Assembly (NCBI GenBank): GCA_022813865.1
Contig: JALDZX010000009.1
Span: forward strand, 496,001 to 556,009
Direction: 5' to 3'
DNA length: 60,009 bases
Source of the DNA: Xylographa opegraphella
Lineage: Eukaryota
The notes under the pieces are model-generated. The model made no database searches. It saw only the letters and a program-made list of their open reading frames with translations, and was not told the origin of the DNA. The position numbers and the translations under genes are program-made. Shown here piece after piece: positions 27,701 through 41,110 of the stretch. Every line of letters begins with the position of its first letter. Within the stretch, counting starts at the first letter, position 1.

Positions 27701-30700
27701 TCGTGAGACACTAGCTACAACAATCACGCGCAGTGGCTCCACAGTCGATAGAGAAGAGATCTCGGAGATAATAAGAGAATCTCTAGATGGAGTTCGTCTT
27801 AGAGAAGAGCGAGAGAATGGTAGGCCCGAAAGTATGATATCAAACACAGGTGAACTTCTTGATGCTTTCAGTGATGGACTGGATGGCTTGAAAGCGGACC
27901 TCCAAAAGATAATCAACAAACCAATCGACATGACAGTCAATTACGAAATTCTCGATACTCTCAAGGAAGGCCTTTTAAGCGTCCGAGCAGATATTGATCG
28001 TCTTCACGCCGCTCATGCTGAACAAGAGTCCATTTCTGGGAGGAGAGGAGGAGAGGTTGTGATTGCAGATGAGAACCCGAAAAGTCTAGAGAGGAACGAT
28101 ATCGAGAATCTCGAGGTCATGATCACACAGTTAAAGATCAAGGTTGAGTCTCTTGATAACATGACCTCGGCTGCAGCAGCATCACAAGCTGGCGATGTAA
28201 GCATGACAAGTGGAGACCTGGAGCGCCTAGAGGCTATCATGAAGGACATCCAAGCCAATGTGACTCTGCTCAGCGAGCAAGAGCGGAGTGTAGCCAACAC
28301 AGTTACCAAAGATGACACTGATGCCATCGAAACACTCCTACGCAATACAAAAGCGCAAATCGACGAAATGGTTTCTTCAGACTACGAAGGTACAGCAAAA
28401 ACCGTTCATCTCGATTCCATTGAGGCAGTGATCAAGTCTACCAGAGATGCCATTGAGGACGTGGCAACTCGTCAAGAATTAGATACCGCATCGAAGACGG
28501 ACGTTGGCGTACTAGAAGCGCTTCTTAAAGAGTTACGGGCGGGCTTGGAAGACGTGCGGGAAAAAGGAGGATTCGACGGAGTTGTTCAAAGCGTAAAAAA
28601 AGCCGATATAGAGGCTCTTGAGACACTTTGCTTAGATACGAAGACGCAAATCGACGAAATCATTGATAGTTTACCCACCAAAAGCGAAGTCGCCGCTCTG
28701 GACAGCCTGATCAAAGACTTCCGGGAAAAGGTCGGAGTCGAAGCTGATTTGACAGCTCAAGCATTCGAATCACGAAAGATCGAACACGGCGGCATAGCAG
28801 ACAAAATCGAAGAAGTGAAGAGGTTTCTGGATGATATCCGTAAGGAGTTGAAGTCCAAGCTTGATCTAGGCGAGCAAGGCATTGAAAGTTTAGCCATTAC
28901 TTTGAGTGCTGTCGGTGCAGCATTATTCACCGAAGACGGTACCAGCACAATTCAGCAACTCAAGGAAGTTCTGACTCAGGAATTTGAAATGTCGCATGGC
29001 AACTACGAGAGTGCGAAACTTGACGCGGAGCAAAACCGAGATGTCCTTCTGACCAAACAGGATGAGCTGAAACTTAACATCATTGCTGATCTAGCCTCCA
29101 AGATCGATGAGCGATTTGATGAAATGATGATTAAATACGATGATGCTCAGATATCCGCTGATGCAAACAATGCATCTCTCAAGGAGAAAGATGGTCAACA
29201 GTCCGAAGCCCTCAACGCCACTCGGAGCATTGTGGAAGACCTGAAAATCTTGATAGATGCTCTGGGATCCAGTGTCTCGGATTCCTGCGATCGGATGGGA
29301 CACGACAGCAAGACCGTGTTCAATCGAGTCGAGGACGTTGCGGCAAAGCTAGACGTAGTCACGACACTGCTTACAACAGGAAGCAACGTGGATCATCAGC
29401 TTACTCGTGCAGAGGTCTCCAAGGTCTTGGTAGCAATCGAAGGCGTACAAGCCCATACCGAGGATTACAGCCCAAAGATTATGAATGCCATCAACGAAGT
29501 ATTGAATATGATTGGACAACATTATGAGGAGGCGCAACGCTCGACGGAAGAGATAAAAATGACAGTGAACGCGATACCCTCTTCCATACCAATGCAAGCT
29601 ATTACTGCCGCTCTCCCTTCTCCTCTTCCTCTTGAACGCGAACTGCTGCCACTAGAGAAATACGACGACTCAGCAGTGCACGCCAAGCTCGACAAACTAG
29701 TAGAGCATGCATCCATGATAACAGATATATCTGGACAATCGGAAATGCTCGAGCGAATCAAGGCGCAGGTTGAGCTGACTGCCGGTGACCTAACTGACTT
29801 CCTGAGAATACAGAAATGTGCTATTACGGAGAATCATGAAACACGTGCAAGTGAAGCTGAGGAACTCGCTATTGCCGTTGAGAAAAGAAAGACCCAGAAG
29901 GAAAATGTTGAGTTGGACATTATCAAACTCTCCGAAGAAAAACAAATACTGTCCAGATCTGTCGCTGCACTGAAGAAGGACGAGCAAGATCTGGCTGTGC
30001 AAAAAGCCAGACTGCAAGCTGACTTATCCAGTTTCGAAACAGCATTACAGATCAGACGCGAGGAAATGCAACTCATGGAAACAAGGGCAGAAGGTTTGGA
30101 ACGAAGGATTCTTGAAGGTGTCCTCGATCATTCACGATCTCTGTTGATTAACGCAAAGCCTCAATCCAGCCTCAAGGCAATGAATCTAAAGCGTGTGGCA
30201 AGCACGACATCCAACACTACTGTCTCGACGTTGAGGACTTCCACCGTTGGAACCACTATTCCTACTTCTGCTGGAAGTGCGTTAAGCAATGGATTGGGAA
30301 TGGCGCTGAAGCGCAGACAGCCCTTGAGTAGTAAACGCAGTATGGGGTCTAACAAGGGCGATCGGCGAATCCTTAGCCTGAGCACAATTAGTACCAACAA
30401 GGGCCGCCCAGAAGTGGAGAGGTCTATGGTCTTAGCAAACCCATCATCGATAGGGTCTGGTGCGCGAAAAGGCAATACTGCATTTGGATCTGGAGGCTTG
30501 AAGAGAAGTCATAGTGTCAAGTCCAATTTTCCTGTTCGAAAGACAAGTTGGGGTGGTACCAGGCAAGGAGGAATGTACGGTGATGATGCCGAAGAGGACA
30601 AAGAGAATAGTATCCTGGATGAAGAAGACGAGGATGATGGAAGTGACGGCGCTACAGAGCGGCGGACAAGCTTCAGTACCGAAACAGATCGAAAAACCAG

Positions 30701-31061
30701 CTATTCCGGGACGTATACCGGTACTGGTAGCTATGGAACCGGAAGTGTGGATGAGGAAGACGATAGAAGGAACAGCTATGGAGCGTCCACGGTGGGCACG
30801 CTGGGGATATCGGAAGCTGGTGCAGACGACGAAGACGACGAAGCAAGCCAAGGTGGGTCACATATCCATCAAGAAGTTCTTGGCAATGAGAATCCGGGAG
30901 ACCAGAATATCACTCTTCATCAGGGCGACATGGCATATCCAGAACCTGGCGACACTCAGCACGGAATGGTTGTTTTTGGCCTGCCAAGTGATAGTGGGAT
31001 CGGTACCGAACTCCCTACAGCAGCTCTCGATGGTGGGAGCGATTATTTTAAGAAGCATTGA
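24760..31061 (+). CDS. Very large (~2065 aa) fungal coiled-coil/helical-repeat protein of unknown function; exons 24760-24854 and 24959-31061
   Basis: 6.1-kb open exon. An upstream exon MSSTDGEGS...FSIPM joins WDSSDPDRAPPPLP via intron GTATGG...GCTAAC...CTCAG. Repeated REEIL(E/D)AV(R/K)EGL-type units and heptad-rich segments. Confidence 0.88.
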
Positions 31062-31445
31062 CTTCACCACGACATGAATTAGCGGCGTGGAAATGTTTTA
31101 TCTGATTGATACCTTAGCGATGGTGTTGAAAGGCGGTACACGTATAGGCAGCGCTTGATCCGTTTTTCTGTATTGCATATGTAGACATACTCTCACCTTA
31201 TACAAGCTATATCAGAGTGCGCATAGTCTTCAGGTTGTGTCGTAAGTGTGCCTCGAATGGTAGCACGGCGGAAAGTGGTAGACATCTCCAAATGGCTAGC
31301 GTCGATATCGCGGCCCGAAGGGGATTAGGATAGCGGCTGTTCAGCGCGTTGTCAAACGGCATGGAAATCCACTGAATTACGTGCTACGCCTTCTGCCAGC
31401 AACCGTCATTACAGCAGGATTGGCCCCTAGGCTACAGACGCCAGC

Positions 31446-33108
31446 ATGAACACGGCCATGCATCCTCAAGCTCAGTATCGTAATTATCAGCAATCGGCTC
31501 AACGACCTCCTCACACCACGACATCAAGGCGCGGTCCAGGTAGGAATGAAATAGTGATATCGATCAATCTGTATTACTAATTGGTTCTGCCTGTAGGACT
31601 CATGGTCGGTGGTAACCAGCAGCCATCACAAATGTCTCAGGACCAATTGAAAAGAGACGAGGAAGCAAGGCGGTCAGCCAAGGAGGCTGCGATAAGGCGT
31701 GCTAGAATCCCTACAGACAAGACCATCCCAGAGGGTGTGGAGGATTTCATCATTGGTGATGGTGTTAAGCAATATAAGGACATAAGAGAGATCGAGAGGA
31801 AATTGGATGCTGTGATGATGAGAAAGAGGTTGGATCTACTTGAGCCACGGCCACAGACGTATGACCGCACGAGGACGCTTCGGATCTGGATCTCCAATAC
31901 TGCGGAGAATCAGCCATGGCAAGGAAGGGGCCTGGACGAGAATGCTTTCGACTTCAATACCGGGATGGAGGGCACTTTCAAGGTCAAAATCGAAGGCAGA
32001 GTGCTTGAGGATGAAAGTGTGGATGACGACACTGATGAGGACGAGGATGAGGAGGACAAGGATAATAGTAATGCAAGGTCGGAGGCTGAGAATGGCGACG
32101 ATGCTATGGATCATGATGGTGCAGCAAAGGCTTCCAAAAAAGCGACCACAGCTCCCATGAGACCGCGACCCAAAATGTCGCATTTCTTCAAATTAATTGT
32201 CATTGAGTACGACCGAAACAAAAACCTACAACCAGAAAATAGCGGTTATATCGAATGGAAGAAGCCTGAACACCTCGCAAACACTGCCAACCTTCCCGCA
32301 ATGGCAGATTTCGACACCCTTGAGTTCGAGCGGAAAAGTGACGAGAACATCAATTGCACCATAAACCTCTTTCGCGACGAGACCCCAGAGCGGTTTGCTC
32401 TCAGCAAAGATCTTGCCGAGATAATCGGCCTCGAAGAAGCGACCCGTGACCGCATCGTGACGGGCATCTGGGACTACGCGCGGGCAATGAACTTGCAACA
32501 AGATGAAGAAAAGCGCACCATTACGTGCGATGAACGATTGCGCGCTGTATGCCAACCATATTGTATCTTTCTTTGATCCATTACTCACTCGTCCCTAGGT
32601 CTTCCAAACCGATACCATCTCCTTTCCCCAGCTCACCAACCTCATTTTCTCGCATGTCTCGTCCCTCCCCCCTCTTAAGCTACCCTACACCATCCGCGTC
32701 GACCCAGATTACCACGCCGCGCCTTCGCCCACCATCTATGACATCAGAGTCCCAGCCGAAGACACTCTAGTTGCCAGAATGGTAGCCGTTACTCGCAACA
32801 ATCCTACGTATGCCACGACTCTCACGCAGATCACTGAGCTGGACAAGCGCCTCGCGCTGATTGTGCAAGCGATCAACGACTCCAAGGCCAAACATGCGTT
32901 CCTGACTAGTATGAGTAAGGATCCCGCCACGTTCGTGAGGAGATGGATCAGCAGTCAGAAGCGGGACTTGGAGGTCATTATGGGAGAAGCGACGCGGGGT
33001 GGTGGCGAGGATGGGCTAAGCGAGGAATTCAGGAGGGGTGGGAAGGATGGGGTGTGGGGAACGGAAAGTGTAAGGGAGAGCGTAGGGTTGATGGTTGCCA
33101 AGCGATAG
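31446..33108 (+). CDS. SNF12: SWI/SNF and RSC complex subunit Snf12/Rsc6/Ssr3 (BAF60, SWIB domain); exons 31446-31539, 31597-32546, 32599-33108
   Basis: PTDKTIP, ERKLDAVMMRKRLD, LRIWISNTAENQPWQ, IWDYARAMNLQQDEEKR and FVRRWISSQKRDLE. Confidence 0.92.
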
Positions 33109-33829
33109 AAGTGGAGTATTGTTCTTATATAAGATGCTCTGATATTGGGCATGGCGCACTGACGGCCCCCTGCGGGCTGAGGCTCGGCCGATTTGTTGGA
33201 CAGCTCGTTTCTAGATACCCACAATATACTTCCACGCTTTGGGACTCGGCTCGCATGTTTAACCTCACCTGATTTCTCTGCACATAATTTAACGGCCGCC
33301 GAGGTGCAGAATCACTGGCGTGGGACATATCTTGACGTGGCCTGGGCATCAGTCGATTTCCCCGACACGCGGCTGCAGACTTCGTGATATCTGTCTGGAA
33401 ACCAGCTAATGCCTTGGTAGACTTTATGGAGTAGGGAATCTCAACTCTTTTGAACCCTTCTTCCGCAATAGCTTCCTGGTCCAGAACCAATCTGGCCGTC
33501 TTTCTTCTGCTAGTTTTTTTACCGGGCCCAAATTCGCGAAATATCTTGTCTTTCACACACACTCTCCATTGCTAAGATGCTGTTCAAGGCGTCTTGAGTT
33601 TCGTGACTTTCCATGTCATTGAGAGGGACTGAAGGATGTCGTAGCTCCGTCATGGCACATCAGAAACTACATCCCAAGGGATCAAGACACGATCTTGTAT
33701 CAGCACTCTGCTGAATGATGCGCTTGCAAGCTCTTACACTACGCGTCCACAATGCGCATCACATCGACCATGGAGACAGTCTCCCACAACGTCCTACACG
33801 ATGACTTCCTTTGTACTCCTCTCATATGC

Positions 33830-35530
33830 CTACAATATTCGTCGCGCCGACAGCCTGATATGCAGCTCTGGCTTATCCCACAAAATAAAGATGCGCTGAT
33901 CGTTCCACCCCTCACTATCCTCACACAGTTGCATGTCAAAGTTCCAAAGCATCCGCGCCATGATCGATCGCATCTCCGCATACGCCAGGTTCTTCCCGAT
34001 GCAGTTCCGCGGACCCAGCGAGAACGGTTGCCGCGCTTCCTTGTCATCACCTGCATAGCGTTCATCGTTGAGCCAGCGCTCTGGGATGAACTTCTCCGGA
34101 TCGCGGAAGTGCCCTGCTGATTGATTGGCTGCCCATTGGTTTACACCAACGGAGGTGCCGCCGGGCACCAACTGACCGTCGATGACATCGCCTCCGACAG
34201 CGACGCGCCGAGGGAAGGCTGAGGGGACGGGAGGATAAAGTCGTAAGCCTTCTTCAAGGACGGCGTTCAGGTATGGTAATTTTGAGACCGAAAGGAAGTT
34301 GATATCGTCTTCGTGGTTGAAACTGGTACGGACCTCCTTGGTAACCTTTTCATATATATCCTTGTTCTTCAAGAGGTAGAATGTAGTCCCGGAAAGTAGT
34401 GTAGCTAATATAATGTTAGCGGGATTTGGTCCTTGAGCGAGATGGTAGTTTATAGGCTACCCGTTGTTTCACTTCCTACATAAGGCATACACTGTCAGCC
34501 ATGTACAGAGCATTAACAAGTCATGATGATCTTTGACTAACCAGCAATAATCAAAAGTCCAGAAGTCTTTTTGATTTCTTCCCTCGTCATGCCCTTCTCA
34601 TCGTTGTGCCGAAGCACATAGGACATGAAATCTTTCCTGTTTGTTTTCATGGCCAACCGTTTTTCTGTCCGTTGAATAGTGTACATACGGTGCGTTCTGG
34701 CGCCTTTGACCACAGCCGGAATGAACGATACGATGAACATAAGTACCGCCCCGAATGATGGAAATGCTCTTGCGAGTCTGAGAAACCTTGCGAGTTTGAC
34801 CCCTTTGAATATATTCGAAACCCAAGGATGTTGCACACCAGATTCAAGAGCGTGAAACGACTCGCCAAAGCACAGATCCGCAACGACATCAAAGGTGGTC
34901 AAGTTATACCACTTCGCAATATCAACCCTCCCATGAGTGGGGCCTCTAATCTCATTGTGTAGCTTGCTGATCAGCATGGTCATGTATTGAGTTATCAGAG
35001 GCTCTTGCTCCCGCATAGCTTGCTCTGAAAATGCGTAGGACAACAGCTTCCGGATTCTGTTATGGTCTGTATCGTTCGAGACGATAATATCAGGGACTCC
35101 ATCTCCGTCGCCAAAATAATATTCCTTGTCCCTAGGGATCTGCTTCTTGCCTGGGCGGGCGCCGTATATGTCCTTCCAAGCCTGAGCACTATTGTACGAC
35201 AATGCATTGGGTCTGATACGAACAGAAGGTCCGTATTGGTCGTGAAGCTTTTTCATGTATGCCGACTCTTCGCCATTCAAGACGCCGCGGAAGTAAGGAA
35301 TCGAGGATGCAGCCCAGAGTTTTGGCCCCGGATATTTAGCAAGAGGATGGAAGTAGACATTGTAGATAGTCCGAGATACGGCATAGATGAGATACTAAGC
35401 AAGTAAGATTGTGCTGCGATTTCTTGTATAACTCGAGATATTATACCAGGCCAACGAAACTCAGAATGATCTTCTTCGGAGTTAGAAGAGCACGAGGTAC
35501 TTCTGCCAGATACTCATTCTTAATATCCAT
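33830..35530 (-). CDS. Cytochrome P450 monooxygenase (CYP65-like); exons 35530-35447, 35394-34542, 34475-34461, 34404-33830
   Basis: YFHPLAKYPGPKLWAA, I-helix AGSETTA (split across a 15-nt micro-exon), EGLRLYPP, PERW and heme loop FSLGPRNCIG. Confidence 0.93.
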
Positions 35531-36650
35531 TCCCGGGCTAGACGGGAAAACAATTCAACCTCAAGAAAATAAGGCGCATGCAGATATCTGTAGTGCAACC
35601 ACTGACGACGCGACAACTGAATCCACGAGTGCAGAACGAATCGACAAAAGAGGCATATAGGAAGATATGCCGTTGTCAAGCCACTGAGAGCAGATGCACA
35701 TTCCGAAGCAAGAGACAGACGCAGAATGGAGAGACGAGTAGAAAACCACGAGGAACAGTTCTAGTTATGTACAGGCCGTGCTTGCTGTTGGCATGCACCA
35801 ATGACCCCATCACTAGCAGCAAGGGCTGCCATGATGCCATCATTCGTACCTTGGTCATTGGTGCCGGATTGCGGGCTGGAAGCAAGTAGTGCCTGTTTCC
35901 ACACAGTCTGGAGACAGTCTAGAAGGATCAAGCGCGGAGTCTCCATTGCTCACGCTAGTGCTAACCGATCTCGGCCGTTGATTGGCTCGTTTGAACGACA
36001 GATGCCAAGAGGTCAACTGTCTTCGCTTGCTCATGAGCTCGGTTAGAAAGACCGTTGCGAAAGCCAGCAACCGTGTCAGAAGTCGTGCACATTTAATATT
36101 GTTACTAGACTAGCCAGAGAAAGCGGCTCAAAATCGTGTGCTACGCTTTGGTCGTGGCCTCATCCACCCTTCCACCCAGGACGAGGGCTCACACCAAATA
36201 ACAGCATCCTCCACTGGCAACAGAACCTGCAATACTCCCTTTTGCAGTCAACAGCAGGAAGTAGAATATAAGTGTCCATGACCAAGGTTGTGGATAGTTG
36301 TTCTTTGTGTTTGTAAGACTGATGTCTATGCCATGGTCTATAAATGTTTTGCGCCTTCATGCTTCAATCTGTAGATTGCGTACCTAGTCATCATGAAACA
36401 TAGCTCCGACATCAGCAGATCCGAGAGAGCTCATTTCCATAGTCCGTGTAGACAATCCTCAGCGTATGAGTCCTGTACTCTGGAACCACGAGTTGCGTAA
36501 TTCACGAGCGACCAAAATTATGATAGAAAATCTCGCAGGATGAGAGTAACCAAACCAATCTGATAATAGTACCAGAATATCGAGCATCGGAGACGTGCAG
36601 CTCTCAGCCATGTGACATAGGACCTTGGCCGCAGTTCAATTCTATACCAG

Positions 36651-37974
36651 TTACTCTAGCATCGATGCCTGATTAGTATACAGCACGTCCACCACATTAC
36701 TCAGCTTCTCGATTGTCGCCAGCGCCGCATCATAACCCTGATCCCGCTCCGCCTCATCATACACTATCAAGCAGCCGGCCCCCTGATCTAATACCCCGAT
36801 AATGACCTTGTCCAGTATCATCTGCGACAGCTTCCGCTCCACCTGCATCGTATCTAGCCCCACCATCTTTGCCACATGCTCAATCTCCACACGGCTGAAT
36901 GGCTCGATGACTTTGGTCAGGTTCTGCTCTAGCAAGTTGTCGTACAGTCGCCGCAAGTGGCTGCGAATGAAAATGTCGGACCCGAGTTCGTAGCGGTAGT
37001 CGGAGAGGGCCTTTTCGTAGTCTTCGAGCGAACGATTCGCGTGAGCGCGCGCAACCGCTTTCATAGCTTCCAGGTTTTTGCCAGTGTATTTCTGGGCTTG
37101 CTTGGAGGTAAGAAGGTTATTGATGTCGTCGGAGAGATTGAGCATGATTTTGCACAGGAGCATGTACTGTAGCGCGGAGGTAGCGAGCGCCGAAGACTCT
37201 TGGGAGTGATACCCCTCGAGCGCTTCGATGAAATAGGAAAAGGCGGTATTGAAGTCTTTGTCCTCAGCATGGAGCATGCCGGATTGCATATCGAGGCCTG
37301 CTTGCAGGAGTGGTGGCGTGTAAACAGAGGCAGCCGACGTGCGGGCTGATGTGAGGGCCGCTTTCGCTTTGGGCTGATTACCTAGGGCATGGTAGACGCG
37401 AGACTCGAGGAGTTGGACCTCGACGAGGACCAGCTTGTCGTCAAGCCGCTTGAGTTCCCGTAGGAGAGAGTTGATAAGCGTGAGGGCTTCGTAGTAGGAT
37501 TGCTGCGCCATATGAAGGGTGACGAGGCGGGTTTCGAGGTTCTGGCGGAGGAAGGAGCGGCGCTCCGAAATAGCCCATTCTATACATGACTTTGTGACCG
37601 ATATCTGGATGGAGATTGTGTTTGGTATAGAGGAGAAGAGATCGAGGAGTTGTCGCACTACTTAGTTGTTAATGGTAGTATATATCTCCTCTATCAATGT
37701 GCTTACCAAGCTTTGCTGTTTTGGCCTTTGCGAACGATGACAGAGTTGAACGGCTGGTTCGAACAAGATCCGCGAGCTCGTTGGCTTTCTGCCCATCTCT
37801 GTATAACTCCCCCAGGCCCATCAATGCCGTCTCATACTCGCGAAGAGCTACCTCACCAGAGCCAGGTCCCTGCGATAGAATTTCTTTGTAAAGCTTTTCT
37901 GCCTCAGCCAGGTCGGTCTTTGCCAGCTTCTGAGCTTCATCCACCCTCTTGGTATTTACTGGATTAGGTGCCAT
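36651..37974 (-). CDS. RPN6: 26S proteasome regulatory subunit Rpn6 (PCI domain); exons 37974-37707 and 37657-36651
   Basis: FAKAKTAKLVRQLLD, ELKRLDDKLVLVEVQLLESRVYHAL, VIEPFSRVE and VERKLSQMILDK. Confidence 0.96.
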
Positions 37975-38026
37975 GTTCTGAAATATTGTCTTGCCGATAT
38001 GGCAAGGGTCAACAGAATGATGGACG

Positions 38027-38032
38027 AAGCTC
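38027..38032 (-). promoter_or_regulatory. GGAGCT hexamer about 53 bp upstream of RPN6, candidate filamentous-ascomycete Rpn4-type proteasome element
   Basis: AGCTCC on the plus strand in the short RPN6/SOF1 divergent promoter. I recall GGAGCT being enriched upstream of proteasome genes in filamentous ascomycetes, but one hexamer can occur by chance. Confidence 0.3.
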
Positions 38033-38190
38033 CAGAGATCAGGCTTGGCGCGACTTCGGGAGCGGCGCAAAGTTGTGGCGAGCGTCGGTGAACTTTTCCC
38101 ACCTCACTCCACTTGGGTTCTCTTGGGAGAATATGGCAATTATGCCATAGTAATTCTACTTAAAGCGGTGGAAATTCTGAAATTGTATCT

Positions 38191-39576
38191 ATGGTATGTT
38201 ACCAACCGCAATGTAGAATATATTGCTAAAATTGTCTTTAGAAGATCAAAGCTCTGAGCCGGTCTACGGCTTCCCACCAAGCACCCGGCTCCAATGTTGC
38301 CCGTCAACCACGTAATCTTGATCCAGCGCTTCACCCTTTCGAACGAGCCAGAGAATACACTCGCGCCCTCAATGCTACCAAACTCGAGCGTATGTTTGCC
38401 TCACCATTCATAGCACAACTGGGAAAAGGTCATGTAGATGGAGTCTACACGATGGGGAAGGACCCTGAGTCCCTGCAGCGCTTTGCCAGTGGAAGTGGTG
38501 ACGGGGTGGTGAAAGTGTGGGACCTGACGAGCAGAGAAGAAATATGGAATGCCCGGGCGCATGACGGGATTGTGAAAGGACTATGCTGGACGAAAGACAA
38601 AAAACTCCTGTCATGCGCAAGTGACAAGTCTATCAAACTTTTTGACCCGTACAATACACTTTCGGGATCTGCCCCCTTGGCGACATATCTAGGACAATCA
38701 GCGTTTACTGGACTATCTCATCATCGATCACTGCCTAATTTCGCTGCTTCTTCCAGCGTTATCTCCATATACGATCTTTCCAGAGCCACGGCTGCCCCTG
38801 TACAAACCCTCCACTGGCCTACCTCAGCAGATACGATCAATGCACTGGCTTTCAATCAAGTCGAGATGTCTATTCTTGCTTCTACCGCTACGGACCGATC
38901 AATCGTACTGTATGACCTACGCACATCGTCGCCGCTGTCCAAAGTAACATTGGCTCTAGCTTCTAATGCTATTGCTTGGAATCCAATGGAAGCCTTTAAT
39001 TTTGCCGCCGCCAATGAAGACCACAATATCTACATCTTCGATATGCGAAAGCTCGACCGAGCTCTTAATATTCTTAAGGATCATGTCGCCGCAGTCATGG
39101 ACATAGAATTCAGCCCTACGGGAGAGGAGCTGGTGAGCGCTTCTTACGATAGGACGGTGCGGCTATGGAACAGATCCGGAGGTCACTCGCGCGACATATA
39201 TCACACAAAGCGGATGCAAAGGGTCTTTTCTGCCAAATTCACGCCAGACTCCAATTATCTCCTGACTGGCTCAGATGACGGCAACATCAGACTATGGCGA
39301 GCACATGCTTCCAACCGAGAAGGCATCAAGTCCGCTCAGCATCGGCAGAAGTTGGAGTATGATGAGGCTCTGAAGGAAAGATACAAGCATATGCCTGAGA
39401 TACGACGGATCAAGAGGCATCGGCATGTACCGAAACAGGTCAAAAAGGCTGGGGAAATCAAAGCAGAAGAGCTTAAAAGTATTAAGCGAAGGCAGGAGAA
39501 TGAGAGAAAGCACAGTAAGAAAGGTCTGGTTAAACGACGCAGCGAGAGAGAGAAGATGGTGCTGGGAACTGAATAG
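38191..39576 (+). CDS. SOF1: U3 snoRNP / SSU processome WD40 protein Sof1 (DCAF13); exons 38191-38193 (ATG only) and 38242-39576
   Basis: ATG|GTATGT...GCTAA...TTTAG|AAGATCAAAGCT gives MKIKALSR. Also HPFERAREYTRALNATKLERMF, WNPMEAFNF, YHTKRMQRVF and the C-terminal Sof1 region. Confidence 0.94.
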
Positions 39577-41110
39577 GGAGTTGGGATAGCCGATCACGAG
39601 GAAGGACCTTTCAGAGTGAATGAAGAAGCCGACAAGACAGCAATAGGTAGTGAACGCCGAGGTGAGGAGTTTTCCGTATCAGCGTCTCCCCTGGAAACAA
39701 AGTTGATGGTAGGAACAAGTTTCATGCGACCAAGGCAACCAAGGCTTATGAAGCTGTCACTTCAAAAATGTATCAGAACGGCAATAGGTCTGGGGTTACG
39801 CCAAAAAAGGCAACATCCTCCTGAGCGAATGCAGGAGCGGCTGTCAAGCTCAAGGAGGACTGTCAGGGCGGAGAACAGAGAGGAGAGGACTGCGTCTACA
39901 AGTTGGCAGAGCTGTAGAGCAATCAGGTATCTATTGTGAAAACTTCGAGGTTTTCTGACACCTTTGATCACTGGATAAGGATTGCCAGAGAATCGCAGCT
40001 TACGCTTACCCGTACTTCGGGGACGATTGAACTTCCATCGGGAGCAATGCGAACGGTACGGAGTAAATAAACGAGCAGATATGCCGTGCCCGTTCGCGCA
40101 ATCATGCGGGACTGGGCTGTACGTAATCAAGGATGCTTACCTTATCTTGACCTTTCCATGGTACGTTAGGTACAAAGCCAAACACTTTGGATGCTAGATC
40201 TTCCATGCTATATCCTATATTGAGCCACGCGCTGTTCTTTGTTCGCTCCATCATCCATCGCCGACGCCTCCCTCCCCTTCTCTTCCGTGCCGCCGCCAAC
40301 TGCTCCTTCGAAGGGTCTCCGGGTCGCACTTGGCAGCGTGCTTGTCGTTGGTGGCTGTGGATGTAACCTCGTATCGTGATTGCTGCGGCTTCGCGCCGAG
40401 AATGACTGGTAAGCCAAGAGCCAGGCCCTGAAAGGCCGGGTTCTGCGTGCAGGTGGGGTCTGAGCTCGGTGAGGCAGGCTTCGACGGAGGAATTGTCGGC
40501 ATGGTTCTTGGGCGGCGAGGTCAGCGAGGTAAGCGCACTTGAGGGCTGGGGGCAAGGGCTTCTTTGGCGGTGGAGGGGGCCTTTGTGATGGAGTGTAGGG
40601 TATCAAGAGGGCGTGGTGATACCTGATGTGAGTTGGCGTGAGACAGCTGCATTTCGGTATCGGTGGAGAATCCTCCCAAGCTATTTCAAAGCTTGATGCC
40701 CGACGGTCACTTGGCCGCTACCTTATGTACTATCGGTGAGGATTCGGGCCAAGGGTCCACGTTCGCTATTGCTCTGCGGTGTGCCCTGCCTGAAGCCGCT
40801 TATCGGCGACACATACAGACGCGGAAGAGGACTTTCAAATCCAGAAGGAAAGCGAGGGGTGGAGAAAAGGAGAGCACTCGTCACAGGAACGGAAAGTCGC
40901 TTGTGTGATTCACGTTCGGAACACTCGCGCTTGATCGTTCATTACCCCGTGGTATCTAAAGTGGAGGCATGACATGCTAAAAGCAGAAACAATCATGTGT
41001 GAAAAACAAACGCCCAAGCAAAAAGGGCCCAGATCGTCTATGCTCCACTCCTCCATGATATCGGCACCATCGCCAGTGCCGATAATCGCTGTCGGCCCAT
41101 GCACCCTTCT

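Noticed and set aside
25220..31077. Many antisense and alternate-frame ORFs inside the giant gene
   Set aside because: Expected shadows of a long coding exon, with no motifs of their own.
33125..33562. 145-aa minus-strand ORF between SNF12 and the P450
   Set aside because: Non-ATG start, lies in convergent 3' UTR space, and has no motif.
33830..35530. Secondary-metabolite gene cluster around the P450, SDR and TF
   Set aside because: No backbone synthase is present, and the genes are dispersed among housekeeping loci.
39616..40972. Several 70-130 aa ORFs between SOF1 and CAP20
   Set aside because: No recognisable domain or coherent exon chain. A decayed gene cannot be excluded but is unsupported.
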